A DNA stretch of 64,000 bases, taken from Podarcis liolepis. Taxonomy: Eukaryota. Both the position numbers and the translations under genes were made by a program. The stretch is taken from the NCBI GenBank assembly GCA_965112155.1, contig OZ218099.1. One strand, given 5' to 3'. The notes beneath the pieces are model-generated. The model did not search any database. It had not been told where the DNA came from and was given only the letters and a program-made list of their open reading frames with translations. Positions 50,511 through 62,901 of this stretch are shown in pieces. The number at the start of each line of letters is the position of its first letter. The stretch's first letter is position 1.

Positions 50511-52611
50511 GTAGGGTTGGACCCAAACTATGTTAATTGCATTTAGTTAAGTCAAGATTAAACCAATGGCAACAAAGTGCAATTACAAATTTGGATCCAG
50601 TCCAGACTTTGCAAATCAGAATCCTAGAAACTATATTGTGTACTAGACTTAATCCTCAGAAAAAAACATAATCAAATTATGACATAACTGTAAAACTGGA
50701 GGGCTAGAAGGGAACCATGAACACGGTAAGATCCAAACCCCAGACAGAAAGGATTGTATAACAAAAACTAAGACTCCCAAATGTGGCACTAGTGAGGACC
50801 TCTTCAGTGCAAAAAAACACTGGGAATGTGTCTCTTTCAAAAGCAGATTTCCCTTCTAAAAGGCGTGGAAGTGGGAGCCCAACTTTAGCATCTCATAATA
50901 TCTGTATATGTTGCAGGGAATAGATAGCTCTTGTCTGCTGTTATAAAGAGAGGGAGCCTTGTGTGTTTATTTTGCCTACATGTATTTTGCAGCCAGGTAC
51001 CTTATTTGAAAGCAAAGGATCTTGCAAGAAGTGGCATAAGACAAGTTGACAGTTACTTCCCACATTACTTTTAGCTGACATGTGTGCATGGAACTCCATG
51101 AAATAGAACCCCTGGGGAACCAAAACAGGTTTCCTTAGCAGCTATCAGGACCATCTATTGTCTTAACAAAGAAAGAGAGGCAAAGCAATGTGCATTGTCC
51201 TGACAGCAAGAAGTATGATGGGGTAAGCACTTACCCAATGAAGGATTACAATCTACATTACTAAATGCTAACCGTTTGGATCCAGTTTTCATAAAAGAGC
51301 ACTTTCTCCAGATTTTCCTGCTATGATTCCTAAGACTAACCCCTTAACCCTGAAACTCATTGTCTTGTAGAATCATCTTTTCAAAGCACTGTTTTCTCTT
51401 TTTTAAATTGATTTCACATAATGCAATAACTGAAGATCCATTTTAACATTTGTTGAATTCTGTTTCACTTATTTTAACTAACTATTGTTTAATGTTTTCA
51501 ATGAATTGGTGCTCATCCAAAGTCTTTAGAGTGAAGCAATTTAGAAATCTTCAGTATATAAATTATGAACTCCTTTCTAGTACTCATTTTGCTGCCAGAA
51601 TGCTGTTCTACAATCAGTGCCTTTAATTAACCCAAATAATTCAGATTATTTGGGCTCATTAAAGTCCTTGATGATAGAAAAATTTGGTTTTTATAAGAGG
51701 GTTGGCCTCTCACCTTCAGAAAACTCTGGCATGGGAGTTCCATGATCCTACACCTGCCAAGCCTCAGAGGTACATCTCCCATGTGGAAGTCAGTTATTTA
51801 AATAAAATTTTGAACCATGTTCAGGAATAACAAACTCTAAATGTTGGAAAGTTTAATTTTCCATTTCAATTCTGCTTTCTCTTCTATTTAAAACTTTCAA
51901 AAAAAAGTAACAAAAAGAATCAGGAAGCTAAACTTGTACTTGTAATTTCATTCTTCTCATGACAAAACAAAAGAAAAAGAAAGTAATCTACACAGGAGAT
52001 CACACCTGCCTCTCTGTAACTTTTATATCTCCAATCTATGAATATAGATACCTTTCCTCCCCTAGAGAAGTGGGGCCACCATGGCATTACACACTGTGGG
52101 TTTTGGCACTGAATATTTTATCTACAGCATGTCATTTCCTGTCACACTTCATCAACTCACTCACTCAAGAGAGACGCTTTTTGTGTTTGTGCAGGCTTCC
52201 ATTTCATCATGCTGATTGTGCTGGAGAAGCCACACACAGCATTTCTAAACCAATTAACAGGTCAGAGAAAACAGCTGCTGAAAGTCTTGAATGGGCAATA
52301 AAGCAGCCTGCTGGTAGATTAGGTTTAGCTAAAATCCACAGCAAACGTAGCAGTGCCACTCCATGTCCCATAACAACACAGCATCCCCGTCTTTTCTTTG
52401 CATTTCATTCTTTCAAAAGATAAAGGAAACATTCACATCTGCAATAATTAGTTGGTGAAACATTCAGTTCACCAAGGAGCACTTTGCAAAGAGGAGGAAG
52501 CAATTTCAACCTCTGAACTACAGAGATATGCCCCTGATTTCACTGGCCATACAGCATAAAACCCCAAAATCAATGGGCTTATTAGATTTTAAATTCTTAC
52601 TCTGGGGTAGT

Positions 52612-52810
52612 CCTCGGAGGAATCTGTCTTATACCAAGTCAGGCCACTGGTCCATCCATCTCAGGATTGCCATCCTTCACTGACTAGCAGGCGCTGTCCA
52701 GTGTTTCAGACCTAAATATTTCCCAGTCATACCTGGACACACTTGGGATTGAAATATGGGACCTTCTGCATTTAAAGCATTGGCTCTGCCACTGAGCTAC
52801 AACCCCTTCC
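52612..52810 (-). mobile_element. tRNA-SINE (family of 8080)
   Basis: ctgtcttataccaagtcaggccactggtccatc...gggattgaaatatgggaccttctgcatttaaagc...ccactgagctac. Confidence 0.7.
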
Positions 52811-53884
52811 AGGTAAAGCTAAGTGGGTGCAGCTGAAATGCCTGTAAAACTACTGCATGGTTGGGGATGTTCATGTGAAACAGCTGCAGGCCTGGTAAGT
52901 GTGAGACTAGTGAGGAAATACATCTTGTGAACCACTCCAAACATATTATGGCTTTTTTTCTGAAGCACTCAGGTAGACCCTTTAATGCCTGAACTGATCT
53001 TGAGGTAGTGCATTTAATTAAGATCTGCAGCCAGGTCTTAATACTCTTTAAAAAAATGATGCCCGTTTCTCAGCCTTAGGGTAGGGAAAAACAAATGCAA
53101 GTTTAAGTAGACTATTAGATACAAAACCATCACTTTGTTCTGACAAGGGATGCAAGGAAACCACAGGAGAGCCAAATTGAGACATCTGTTATAAACGGAC
53201 AAAGTATGTGGCCATTACTGAAGATGACAAACTTATTCCAACTCTTGCTTGTCTAGTAGATCTGAACCTTACAAATGCTGCAAGGAATTCATCTTAGTTA
53301 ACTATAATTCTTTCCTCTATCACGTGACACTGATCAGCAGAATTTTTCCAAGCAGGGCAAAAAAAGGAGCTAGCAGCTGAATCTTCCTAGGCAAGGTGGA
53401 CTGCAATGTGCATGTTTTCAATATTGCAGCCAATACATCCCCTTTATGTTTCCCCTCAAAGCTTCCCCAGAGGTTCAAGGGCAACTACTGAACCTTGTGT
53501 GTCTTAAAAGCCTGCAGTGGGGGTGGGGAGATAATAAAAAATCAAATGGAGGACTCTTGAACAGCTTGGGCAAAGTTCCTTATTTTTGGCAAATTTCTCC
53601 TCGTTACAGCCCTAAATGTTCCGTAAGCCTGTTTTGCACTGCACAGGGGTGGGGCACAGGAGGCTAGAGTGGCAAGGAGAGAAAAGATCACTTGTGTGAG
53701 TTTGTACTCCATAACACAATATTGGATGCAATCTTGATGTACATTGTTTTTTTGCTACAGAACAGCTTAAAACTGGAGAGCAAAGGAAGGCCCAGAGGAC
53801 AAAACATCAGAGAGCTGTTCAGACACATTTGGCAACTAGTTCCCAGCTCTCTGTCGCTGTGTGGATGCCTGTACGGTGCAATAA

Positions 53885-54270
53885 AGAGAGGAGGAGTTAA
53901 AATACGGCACAACCACAATTATCTAAGTGAGTAAGCTAAGCCAGCTGTAATTGTTGCTAATTGCCTTGCACCTGCTTTAGCCTTGTTGTCACTTCTTGGG
54001 CTGGGATCTTATCAAGAGAGCCCATTGCATCTGGATCTTCAAAGAGGAGACGTCTAGTGGGCACAATATATCAGAGCTGGTGGTATTTGACATTTAACCC
54101 CCAGCTCTCTGCAGGAAGAAGAGGAATTCATGTGCAACACAACCATGTTATTTAAGTGAGTGGAGCCGGCTGTGATTTTTATTCTTCTTTCATTAAAAAG
54201 CCTTGCACCTGACTCATCCTTGGTGAGACTATCAGAACTGGAACATTATCAAGAGACCCCACCATGTGCA
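53885..54270. repeat. Diverged ~230-bp-period tandem duplication
   Basis: Collinear blocks acaacca..ttat.taagtgagt, gcc.gctgt.att, gccttgcacctg and ttatcaagaga.ccc each occur twice. Confidence 0.7.
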
Positions 54271-54779
54271 GAGGCTATACTGAATTACTGCAGCTGATGG
54301 ATGTCTGTTTATTGCTGCACTATAACATCCCTATTACTCCCCTTGAGGTTTAGAAAGTGCTGGGTGGTTTTCTTCCTTCCAATACTGTGTCTACAGGGAT
54401 ACAACAAGGAGGGCCACAGGAGCGCTTCTATAACATTGATTCTGGGCAGAGGGAGGCATTGATACAGAAGGTTGGAGTATTATTCCATAACAAGACAGCT
54501 CTCATTCATTTAACTGCAGGTGAAGGAACCCACCTAGCATGAAACACTGAAGCCTGGGTGAAGGAGATGCATAGGGGGGCATGTCTGTCACAATTGCATC
54601 TGCCCCAGAATTCAGTGCAGTACCATGCCAGGTTTGAGGGGCAGGATTAATCATTGCCCATAAGGGAATAAATTTGAAAGTACTTGACACGGAATCAGAG
54701 AGACAGAATAGGGATGTCACTGGTATACCACACACACTGCTGGCCAGCAATCTCTCTATCATAGCTTGTAAGGGTGATC

Positions 54780-56255
54780 TAAGAGGTGTTGGAGAATACC
54801 CAGCAGATTGTTCTGAGTGGCTTCTATACCACACAGAGGCCCCTTCGGGTGGGCTGGCTTAGACATTTCTGGCCACCATGACAACTACAGGGCAGGCTCA
54901 ATGCACTCCTGCTTCCTGTGCATAATGTGGATCATGCTTTAAATCTAGTCTTTGCTACAAGGTGAATGACCGATGGTCTGTAATTGAGAGCTGGACAGTG
55001 AAACAGGCCAGACAAGGGCTGGAGTACAAGTGGTATAATGCTTGCAACAAGAATAGCTGAATAGTGGTGGAGCAATAAAATTGCTAGCACATTTGCAAAG
55101 CTAAGACCGCATGATCAGGTCTACTACATGGTGGCAAGTGTGGCAAAGAAAGCTTACTTTTTCATCTCCATTGCAACCTCAAATATCCTTCCAGCAGAAT
55201 TGCTCCAAGCAGGAAAGACCTATTGAGATATGTGATTTATTTATTTATTTATTCAAGCAGTTATATACTGACCTCTCCCAGAATTTCAGGGCAGTGCACA
55301 GCAATATTACATATTTTTAAAAGCAACATTAAAAGCAGTACAGAGCCATCATTAAAATGACTGGTCACTCAAGAAAATTTTAAAGCAAGTAGATCAGCCT
55401 GTGAGCATAAAACCAAGTCTTCAAGAGATGCCTGAATGCCAAAAGGAAGAGTGCTTGCCAAATCTCTGCCAGAAAAGCTTTCCACAACATGGAACTGGCA
55501 ACATTAAATGCCTGACTTCTACTTGAGGTCGGTTGGGCCCCTGTAATATAGTCCATGGAGTGTGGTTTGGAACTATCAGGCTCCTGCTGTAATAAATGTG
55601 TGAGACACTTCAAGAGTAAAATTGCTCATTCATGTTGAATATGATGTCTTGGCTGACTCTGAAGTGTGGTATCCTGCGCACTGTCTGGTCAGATTTTATG
55701 AGGCTCTTGTGGCCTGAGGATGTGGACAAGGTGTTCAGCCAACCATGAGTTCCCTCAATCATTGCCCATCTTGGTTGATATGAGTCCAACGTGGATTTGA
55801 ACACATATTTGCATGAGGAAATGGTGTCTATTGTTTTAAAGAGGCAGTAGTGTGACCACTCCTAAAGGTCCACTCCTTGGATCCCAAAGTCTGTAACAGC
55901 TACCACCTAGTTGCAAATATCCCCCTCCTAGGATGCTTTGGAAGATGCGGGTTATTTGGACTGAGAGAATAAGAGAGAAAGGGGAAGTAAAATCCCATTA
56001 TTTCTCCTTGTTCCCTTGATAGCTTTTGAAACAACCAACCACAGCATCTAGGTGAAGGCATAATGAACCAGTGCTTCCACTCTTACCTGCAGGACCAGTT
56101 CCAGAAGGAAGCATTGGAGAATTACTGCTCAGCATAATGGCACTTGAACTGTGGGGTCCTGCAGAGTTCCAGCCTGCTCCCCATGCTTTTTAACATCTAC
56201 ATGAAGTTAGTGGAAAAGGTCATCAGGAGATTTGGAGGAAGCAACCATCAATTTG
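54780..56255 (+). mobile_element. Degenerate L2-type LINE ORF2 relic (endonuclease + RT), interrupted at ~55232-55530
   Basis: Hand-translated broken motifs: FLATMTT, HALNLVF (GHTLDLVF-like), VAKKAYF, PEDVDKV, CPSWL, EAVV*PLLK..SLDP...YHLVANIP, GVLQSSSLLPMLFNIYMK...VIRRFG. Confidence 0.85.
55232..55530 (-). mobile_element. L2-type 3' fragment nested antisense within the older LINE
   Basis: (TTTA)n tail; minus-strand peptide SQAFNVASSMLWKAFLAEIWQALFLLAFRHLLKTWF resembles an L2 ORF2 C-terminus. Confidence 0.75.
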
Positions 56256-56839
56256 GAGAGCAGTAATTGGGCCCAGAAGTAACAGTTGTTTCCTAACTTT
56301 TAAGAAAATGACCCGCCAAGCCATTGGAGGTTCATTGAACAACAACTGAAAACAAGCTCCCCTTAGACCTGGAGCAATGTGCAAAACAAAGTTTAGACAA
56401 TAACAACCTCAGGGTGATTCATCCTAAAATCGCTCCATTTTTTTAAACAGGCATTTCAATCAGGTTCTAGATTGGTTTTGAAGTACTAGAAAGGAATTTA
56501 CCATAAGTGGTTTCCTTCTGTCATTGTAAAGCTGCAGAGATCACAAATGTCATATAGACTGAGCTCAGTCCTCCCAAAACAAGTAAAGACACTGCAGAGG
56601 GTTGTACAAGCTACATTGTGTTGCATAGCAAGGGACATTACATGTAAGACCAAAAGCTTAAAAACAAAAGAAAGTCCCCTGCAGAACTTCTATCAAGACT
56701 CACACTGCTATGGAAACAAATAGATGCAACATTTTCTCCATTGAAACAATGACACGGTGGAGAAGCATCAATATCGCATGCAAAAAGAAGCTCGTCAGGG
56801 TTATGGATGAAAATTAGAACATAAAACAAAACATTCAAT

Positions 56840-57065
56840 ATTTATATAGCATTCTTTAGGCGTTCAAAGTGTTTCAAGTACATTATCTCAGTAATCTTTA
56901 TAAGCACCAAATAAAGCAGTACAGTAATTATCCCCATGCCACAGATTTGAAGTATGTGGTTGAGAACAAGGGATAGTAGACTGGTTAAGATCACCAAGTA
57001 AGTTCATGACCAAGCTGAGATGTGAACCATGCATTTCCAGCTCATAGCTCACACTGCTGCCTAGT
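56840..57065 (-). mobile_element. Old CORE/MIR-like SINE
   Basis: tttatatagc...ttcaaagtgtttca...attatccccat..cacagat...aagatcaccaagtaagttcatg...tgtgaacc. Confidence 0.55.
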
Positions 57066-57461
57066 GTTATAAAAGCATTTAAATGTTTTTTCTTACAATG
57101 TGTTTACTAGCAGCAAAGTTGAAGCTGTCATTAGAAAACTTCCAAACAGTAAGACTAGCACTGGCAAGGAAGAGGAGAATATATGTCAGACCCAGCTCTT
57201 ATGCAATCAAGACTGGATGGTAGCAAAAAAAGGAGGAGGAGATGAACAGGAAAATTGTGAACAGGAAAATTCCAGCCTGACTGGAAGGTCTTATATGGGC
57301 ACAGGAGGTAAGTCCTTCTCCAACATTCCTCAAGCTGTGAGTTCAAGACCCAGTGTAGACTCAAGTCCTGACAATAAATGCTGAAATGGGAAATACTCCA
57401 TTCCACACACTTAAGTAACTGAAATAGCCATAGGTCATTCCAACTTACACACACACACATA

Positions 57462-57617
57462 CCGTATTTTTCTGAGTATAAGACTAGGGTTGTTGTTTTT
57501 TACCAAAAAATTAGGTTTAAAATTGGGGCTCATCTTATACACAGGTAGTGCTGAGGGATGTTTTCTTAATTTGGAGCCCCCCAAAATAGGGGGCGTCTTG
57601 TAGATGGAAAAATACGG
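57462..57617. mobile_element. Short Tc2/Kanga-like MITE
   Basis: TA flanks; TIRs CCGTATTTTTCTGAGTATAAGAC / GTCTTGTAGATGGAAAAATACGG. Confidence 0.85.
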
Positions 57618-57822
57618 TATATATTGGATAACTTTCAAAACAAAAAGTCATGACGTAGAGTGAAAATTTCTCCAGTACTATAATTTCCCATGGATTTTTT
57701 CCCACTTTTAGAAATGCATTATTTCATAAGAATCATTAGTAGCATAATGAATGAAAAAATATAAATCAAATTGGGCATTTGGAATATAAAAAACACACAT
57801 CAAATCTAAAATTCAAATAAGG

Positions 57823-57893
57823 AGGACCAGTGGTCAGGGATCATGGGGATTGTAGTCCAAAAACAGCTGGAGACCCAAGTTTGGGAAACTCTG
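57823..57893. mobile_element. Right half of a palindromic hAT MITE (family of 30622)
   Basis: aggaccagtggtcagggatcatggggattgtagtccaaaaacagctggag...gtttgggaaactctg|gtttaaag. Confidence 0.7.
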
Positions 57894-57900
57894 GTTTAAA

Positions 57901-58001
57901 GGATGGTATTCAGCAGAGACCCATTAGAATTAATAGACATGATGTTAGGTCCATTAATTTCAATGGGTCTGCTCTAAGTGAAACTTAGTTCAATACCATC
58001 C
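57901..58001. mobile_element. Short palindromic MITE-like repeat
   Basis: Ends GGATGGTATT / AATACCATCC; inner agacccattagaattaat / attaatttcaatgggtct. Confidence 0.65.
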
Positions 58002-59724
58002 AGTGAAAGAATTTTATTAAAAGTATCAACACTATTAAAATATACTTGTTCTTCAAGCAACAACGTGATTAGATATGCACTGTACCTCTCTCTCCTTTAA
58101 AATGCAATTATAAAGATTTCTAGATGTATTTCTAATGAAACAATGTCCTGTTCTCTTCAGGCCACAAAGGGGACATGAATACCTGCAGGCAAGAACACTC
58201 ACAAAGGGCACAGTGGTTTAATTATAATTACCTCTAGGAACCTTCTAATCACTTGTTATAAATTATTGTGCCAGCTGAAATAATGCAGACCTTCTTTCCA
58301 TTAAAAGCTGCAGTGCATCATGCACTACGCTTTGTGCTGCAAATTGTTCTAAGATGCAGTGAGAACAGAGTACACTTCAGCAATGCCACTGCCAACAGGC
58401 TCTGCATCAGGGCAATCTGAGCTACGGATTGAAACTTTGGATACAGAAACCTTCAACTTGGATAAGAGGTCTAGGAAATGTTTCACTGCTGTAAACATGC
58501 AAACTCCTAGGAGCCATGCACAGCCAGCCAGAAGATCAGAACCACTCTCAAAATCCAACGGCAGAATAGAGTGAGCAATCACAGAGAAAGACTTTAAGCT
58601 GAGGTGATTCACACTCCCCTTACACTGATTTCATTTGGATCATAATCAGACCCTATTGTCTGTGTCACATCATGAGAAGAAGCAAACAAGTAATTAACTG
58701 CATCGTGTGTCAAGTAAACTTAATTTTAAACCAAGTTATGAACAGGAGACGAAGGAACATATTTACCTAGAAAACAGAACACAACTGCAGGATCTCATCT
58801 GAGGATAATCTTGTACTGAGCAGAGTGCTCAGACAAAATACAGGGTGATATAGGACCATGGAAGAGTGGGAAGAGCAGCTCAATATACCCACTGGTTACT
58901 TGTAATTACATCTGTCCCTGCCTGGCAAAGGGATGCAGGAGGTTGTCTTCTCATGTAAGAAAGTCAATGTCAAGACCTAGATTTTTTTAGACCACAGATG
59001 TATTGAGGGAGCTGCAGTGGCAGTACCTGAAAGCAACTATTGGGAAGGTCACAGAAGGGGCAAAGTGCATTTCTGAGCATGTGAAAAGTGTTTTCCCTTC
59101 AGGTAATCACAGGAAACCTTCAACCAGAGCAATGGGGAGCAGGGACTACTTGTCTGGGAGGATGCTCAAATCCCTCCTTCCTCTCCTCTATGGCACTACT
59201 TACGGGCTGTTGCCCAATCCTAAACATCTAGAAACAGAAGAAACAAAGTAAGTTTGAAGGTCTATTTTAAAACATTCAGAGAAGGTGATGAAACAGCACA
59301 AAGAATCCCAGTTATTCTGTATTATTTGTAGACCCAGAGGAAGGCTGGTGGACAGCAAACAGGTATTCATGGGTTGATTCAAAACCCCAAAGAATGAGGG
59401 GAAGCATCTGATCAAGCACTTATTCTTGTCCATTAAGGGCCTGCTCAGTCAATTTGTTTGAAGGAAAATTGGGATATCCCTTTATATAAATCTTTGCCAT
59501 AATTCTTCCCCGAAAGTATGAAAATAAAAACGCACACATGCATATTCTGTGTGGGCTGCAACACATTTAGCAGTCGGGAGTATGTCAAAGCCAAATGGGC
59601 AATTTATCATTGTTGGCACCACAATAAGGCAACATCACCTTTTGAGGAGGGGGAGGAAGGGTGAATCATTACACTATATTTAATCACTGTTGCTATTGAA
59701 AAGCCGGCAATTGATGGAAAGGTT

Positions 59725-59950
59725 GCTACAGCCTACAACTTCGTGCTCTCCAGATGCTAACTCCCATCAGCCCTGGCCAGCATGGTCAACAGTCACAGAT
59801 GATACATAGCCTAAAAGCTCAACAACTTTGGTCAATCCAATGGGTGGATCACTGCCAGTTTTTTTATAGTGGGAGTAGATTGCAGTCTCTTGGGAGTTGG
59901 ACATGCCTGGCCTAAAACATCTGGAGGGCACTAGGGTGGGAAAGGCTACA
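59725..59950. mobile_element. Degenerate palindromic hAT MITE containing a second nested hAT element (59817-59909)
   Basis: The host halves (ctccagatg..aactcccatcagccct / aaacatctggagggcac) are separated by an insert ending gttggacatgcctg and flanked by GCCTAAAA on both sides. Confidence 0.65.
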
Positions 59951-60302
59951 CTAAATCCAGCTTTCCATTAATTTATTATAATATTATCTCTCTATACATG
60001 TAATTATGTTTCATGTATTACTGCTGTTATACATTCTGCAATTTTCAACAGGGTACAGGGTAAGCTACAAATATAAATGAATAAGTTTTCCAAAATAATT
60101 TTTAAAATAGGACCATGACTTCAAGCCACTTGTACACTTTGAAGGCTGTATTCTGAGATACCTTTCCTGTACCAGGGCAGGGAGACATTTGAAATTATCA
60201 TATTTTTTTGGATAGCACCTTTGCCTTAGAGAAGTTGGTATAGTCATTGGAAAACTGGTAGCCTATGTTTAAGCAATGCATCTTCAGCCTTGCTGGTACA
60301 AA

Positions 60303-60530
60303 ATTTATTTAATTATTGATTTCCCACCCTTTTCTCAGTGGAGCTCAAGGTGGTGTACGTGGGTCTACCACTCTTCATTTAATCCCCACAACAGCCCTGT
60401 GAGGTAGGTTAGGCAAAGAGACAGTGACTGGCCCAAGGTCACCCAGTGAGCTTCATGGCCCTGGTGGATTTGAACCCTGGTCTCCCAGGTCCTAGTCCAA
60501 CACTATAGCCACAAAACCAGATTGACTCTG
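60303..60530 (-). mobile_element. tRNA/CORE-like SINE (family of 215)
   Basis: ggagctcaaggtgg...ccccacaacagccctgtgaggtaggttagg...gtgactggcccaaggtcacccagtgagcttcatgg...ggatttgaaccctggtctccc. Confidence 0.8.
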
Positions 60531-62496
60531 CAATACATGCTGATGAAGTTGTCTTAGTCATAACCCCTGCAGTGTATGTGTCAAGACCACAGTCCAAATC
60601 TAAGCTTAGCTGTCATTATGATACATTATCCACCTACGTTTACTTTGTTTTTTATTTCCCATCATCAAAAAAGCTTCAAAAAATGTTTTTTAAAATCAAG
60701 TCAATCTCATTATTATGAGGCAGTTTGTATATTAAACTCAGCTAATCATTTGAACTAAGAATTATATAACTTGTTTACATTTTGTCCTACAAATGATATT
60801 AAAGCAGAGTGCAATTTAGAAACTGAATTAATGTAGGAACACTGCTGATTTTCAATCTTCAGTGGAACAGAATGGCTTCACCACACAGTTATATGTACAG
60901 AGGTGTGCGTGTGTAACACATCACACACAAAGGCCAGTGTCATTGACTAAATGAATACTAGGACCAGTTCTGAATGCAAGTCCCACCTCTGACATGCACT
61001 AACTGGTCAGGTTTATATGTTATTTCTGCAATGGCTGCTGCCAAAACAAACCACTTGTATGACTGTCACAATGGGAGCAAATAGACGCGCCAATCATGAG
61101 TGGATGCCTGGATCATGAAGCTACTTCAATAAGGGCTAATAGCAAAGCACTCACTCTAAGTCTCATTTGCCCATCCATAAAGAGGGAATAATAGTGTCCT
61201 ATCTCACAATGAAAAATATTCAGCAATTCAAACAATTAGTACTTGTGGGAACTACCTGCTACTTAATATATGTAACAAGGTGTAAAAACATCTATGAGGA
61301 GGATTCATGACTGTTTTGCTCAGCGTTTGGGACACATGCTATTTAAAACAAAAACTAAATATTTTTTTATTAGCAAGAATAAATGTGGTCTCTTGCTTTG
61401 AGGAGGAATTGATCAAGGCATCTTTTACAATGTTTATACTGACACATGGCCAAAGCAAAATGCCTAAGAAATCGCATAATGCTGATGTTCTACAAACCAT
61501 GATTTTCAAATTGAGATACTGCTTCAAGGATGTTATCCCCTCTCCCTTGACATTAACTACGGTGTTTTGTTTTTCATATACTGACACTAATAATGGTAAA
61601 AACTAATCAGTTTCCCCACAAATCACATGTCAAATCATAGTTTCAAATGACCATTAACAAGGGAAGCATTGACTCTGGCTGGGCATGGTGCATTTGTAAT
61701 ATTAAACTATGGCAAAACAATGCCAAGGGAATGGGGAAGGAAAATGTCTAGGGAGCGGAGAGGAAAGAGAAAGAGTCTACAAGGCCATCTCCCAATTTGT
61801 AAAACAAGTGTCAATGTTACATTTCAGGGGAGGCCTATCCAGTTTTGCCACCTGAGGCAAAACAGGAATTGCCCCGGGGATAATCAATGACGTACACCGG
61901 AACACCTCCCTGTGGTGTGGGCAGAGCCTCTTGCACTTCTGCCGCTTGAGTGCTCCACTGATATGTTCCTTATATTCTGTCATAATAAAAAGCTTTTGCA
62001 AGAAGAAAGACCTCCACAGAAGAAAATGTTTTAATAACGACAAAATTTATTAAAGCTTTAGATATCACTCTTCATCTTTACTCAACAGCAAATGTCACAA
62101 CATTGAATTTTAAAGGATTTGGAAGTTAAGCTAACTATATGGACTGTCATTCATTTTTAAAAATAAGAACCACAAAGCAGATACAACAACTAATGGAAGT
62201 GTGCCAACATTTCAGTAGAAACAAACTCTCTACCAGTAAAACATTGGTGATGAACTTTTTTAAAAAACAACAACAGGGGTCATAATTTGAACTGTGGAAG
62301 CGCCAGCAAGATTGGCCCCTCCATTGACATTTGAATGCAAGCTGTGCGACAGGCAAAGGTCTCTTGCACACTGGGGGAGATGGTGCAAACAGTATTAGGC
62401 TGCTATTCTACACCCACTTACCTGGACAAGTAATGAACTCAATGACACCTAACTTTGAGTTGACATTATAAGAGAATGCTGTTAGAGGGCTTAAGC

Positions 62497-62610
62497 CAGT
62501 GGTGTCCAAACTTTTTTCAAAGAGGGCCAGAAAATATACTGCCACAGGGGCTGGATTAAACCGACCGGCAGGCTAAATTATGCCCTTGAAATGGACTTTG
62601 GACATGCCTG
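62497..62610. mobile_element. Short hAT (Charlie-like) MITE
   Basis: Termini CAGTGGTGTCCAAAC / CTTTGGACATGCCTG; 8-bp TSD gcttaagc / gtttaagc (7/8). Confidence 0.75.
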
Positions 62611-62853
62611 GTTTAAGCAGAGTAATCCCTCCTTGCCACTTCAGTTACTCACACCTGGGAGCCAGACCTGATGCGTATAGAAAAGGGAGAGCTCTAACCG
62701 AGAATCTTTTGCTAGTCAAAACTGAGGAACAGGGAGAAAAGAAGCTTTCCCCTGTGTTTTGTCTGGGAAGAGAGCTTCCATTATATGAATCTTCAGGACC
62801 AGGAATATGCTGAGGGGCTACATTTTACCCTTGGGCACTAGTTGCCTGTTCCT

Positions 62854-62864
62854 ACACACACACA

Positions 62865-62900
<36 letters not shown>
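62854..62900 (+). repeat. Compound (AC)n(TC)n(TA)n microsatellite
   Basis: Direct reading. Confidence 0.9.
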
Positions 62901-62901
<1 letters not shown>

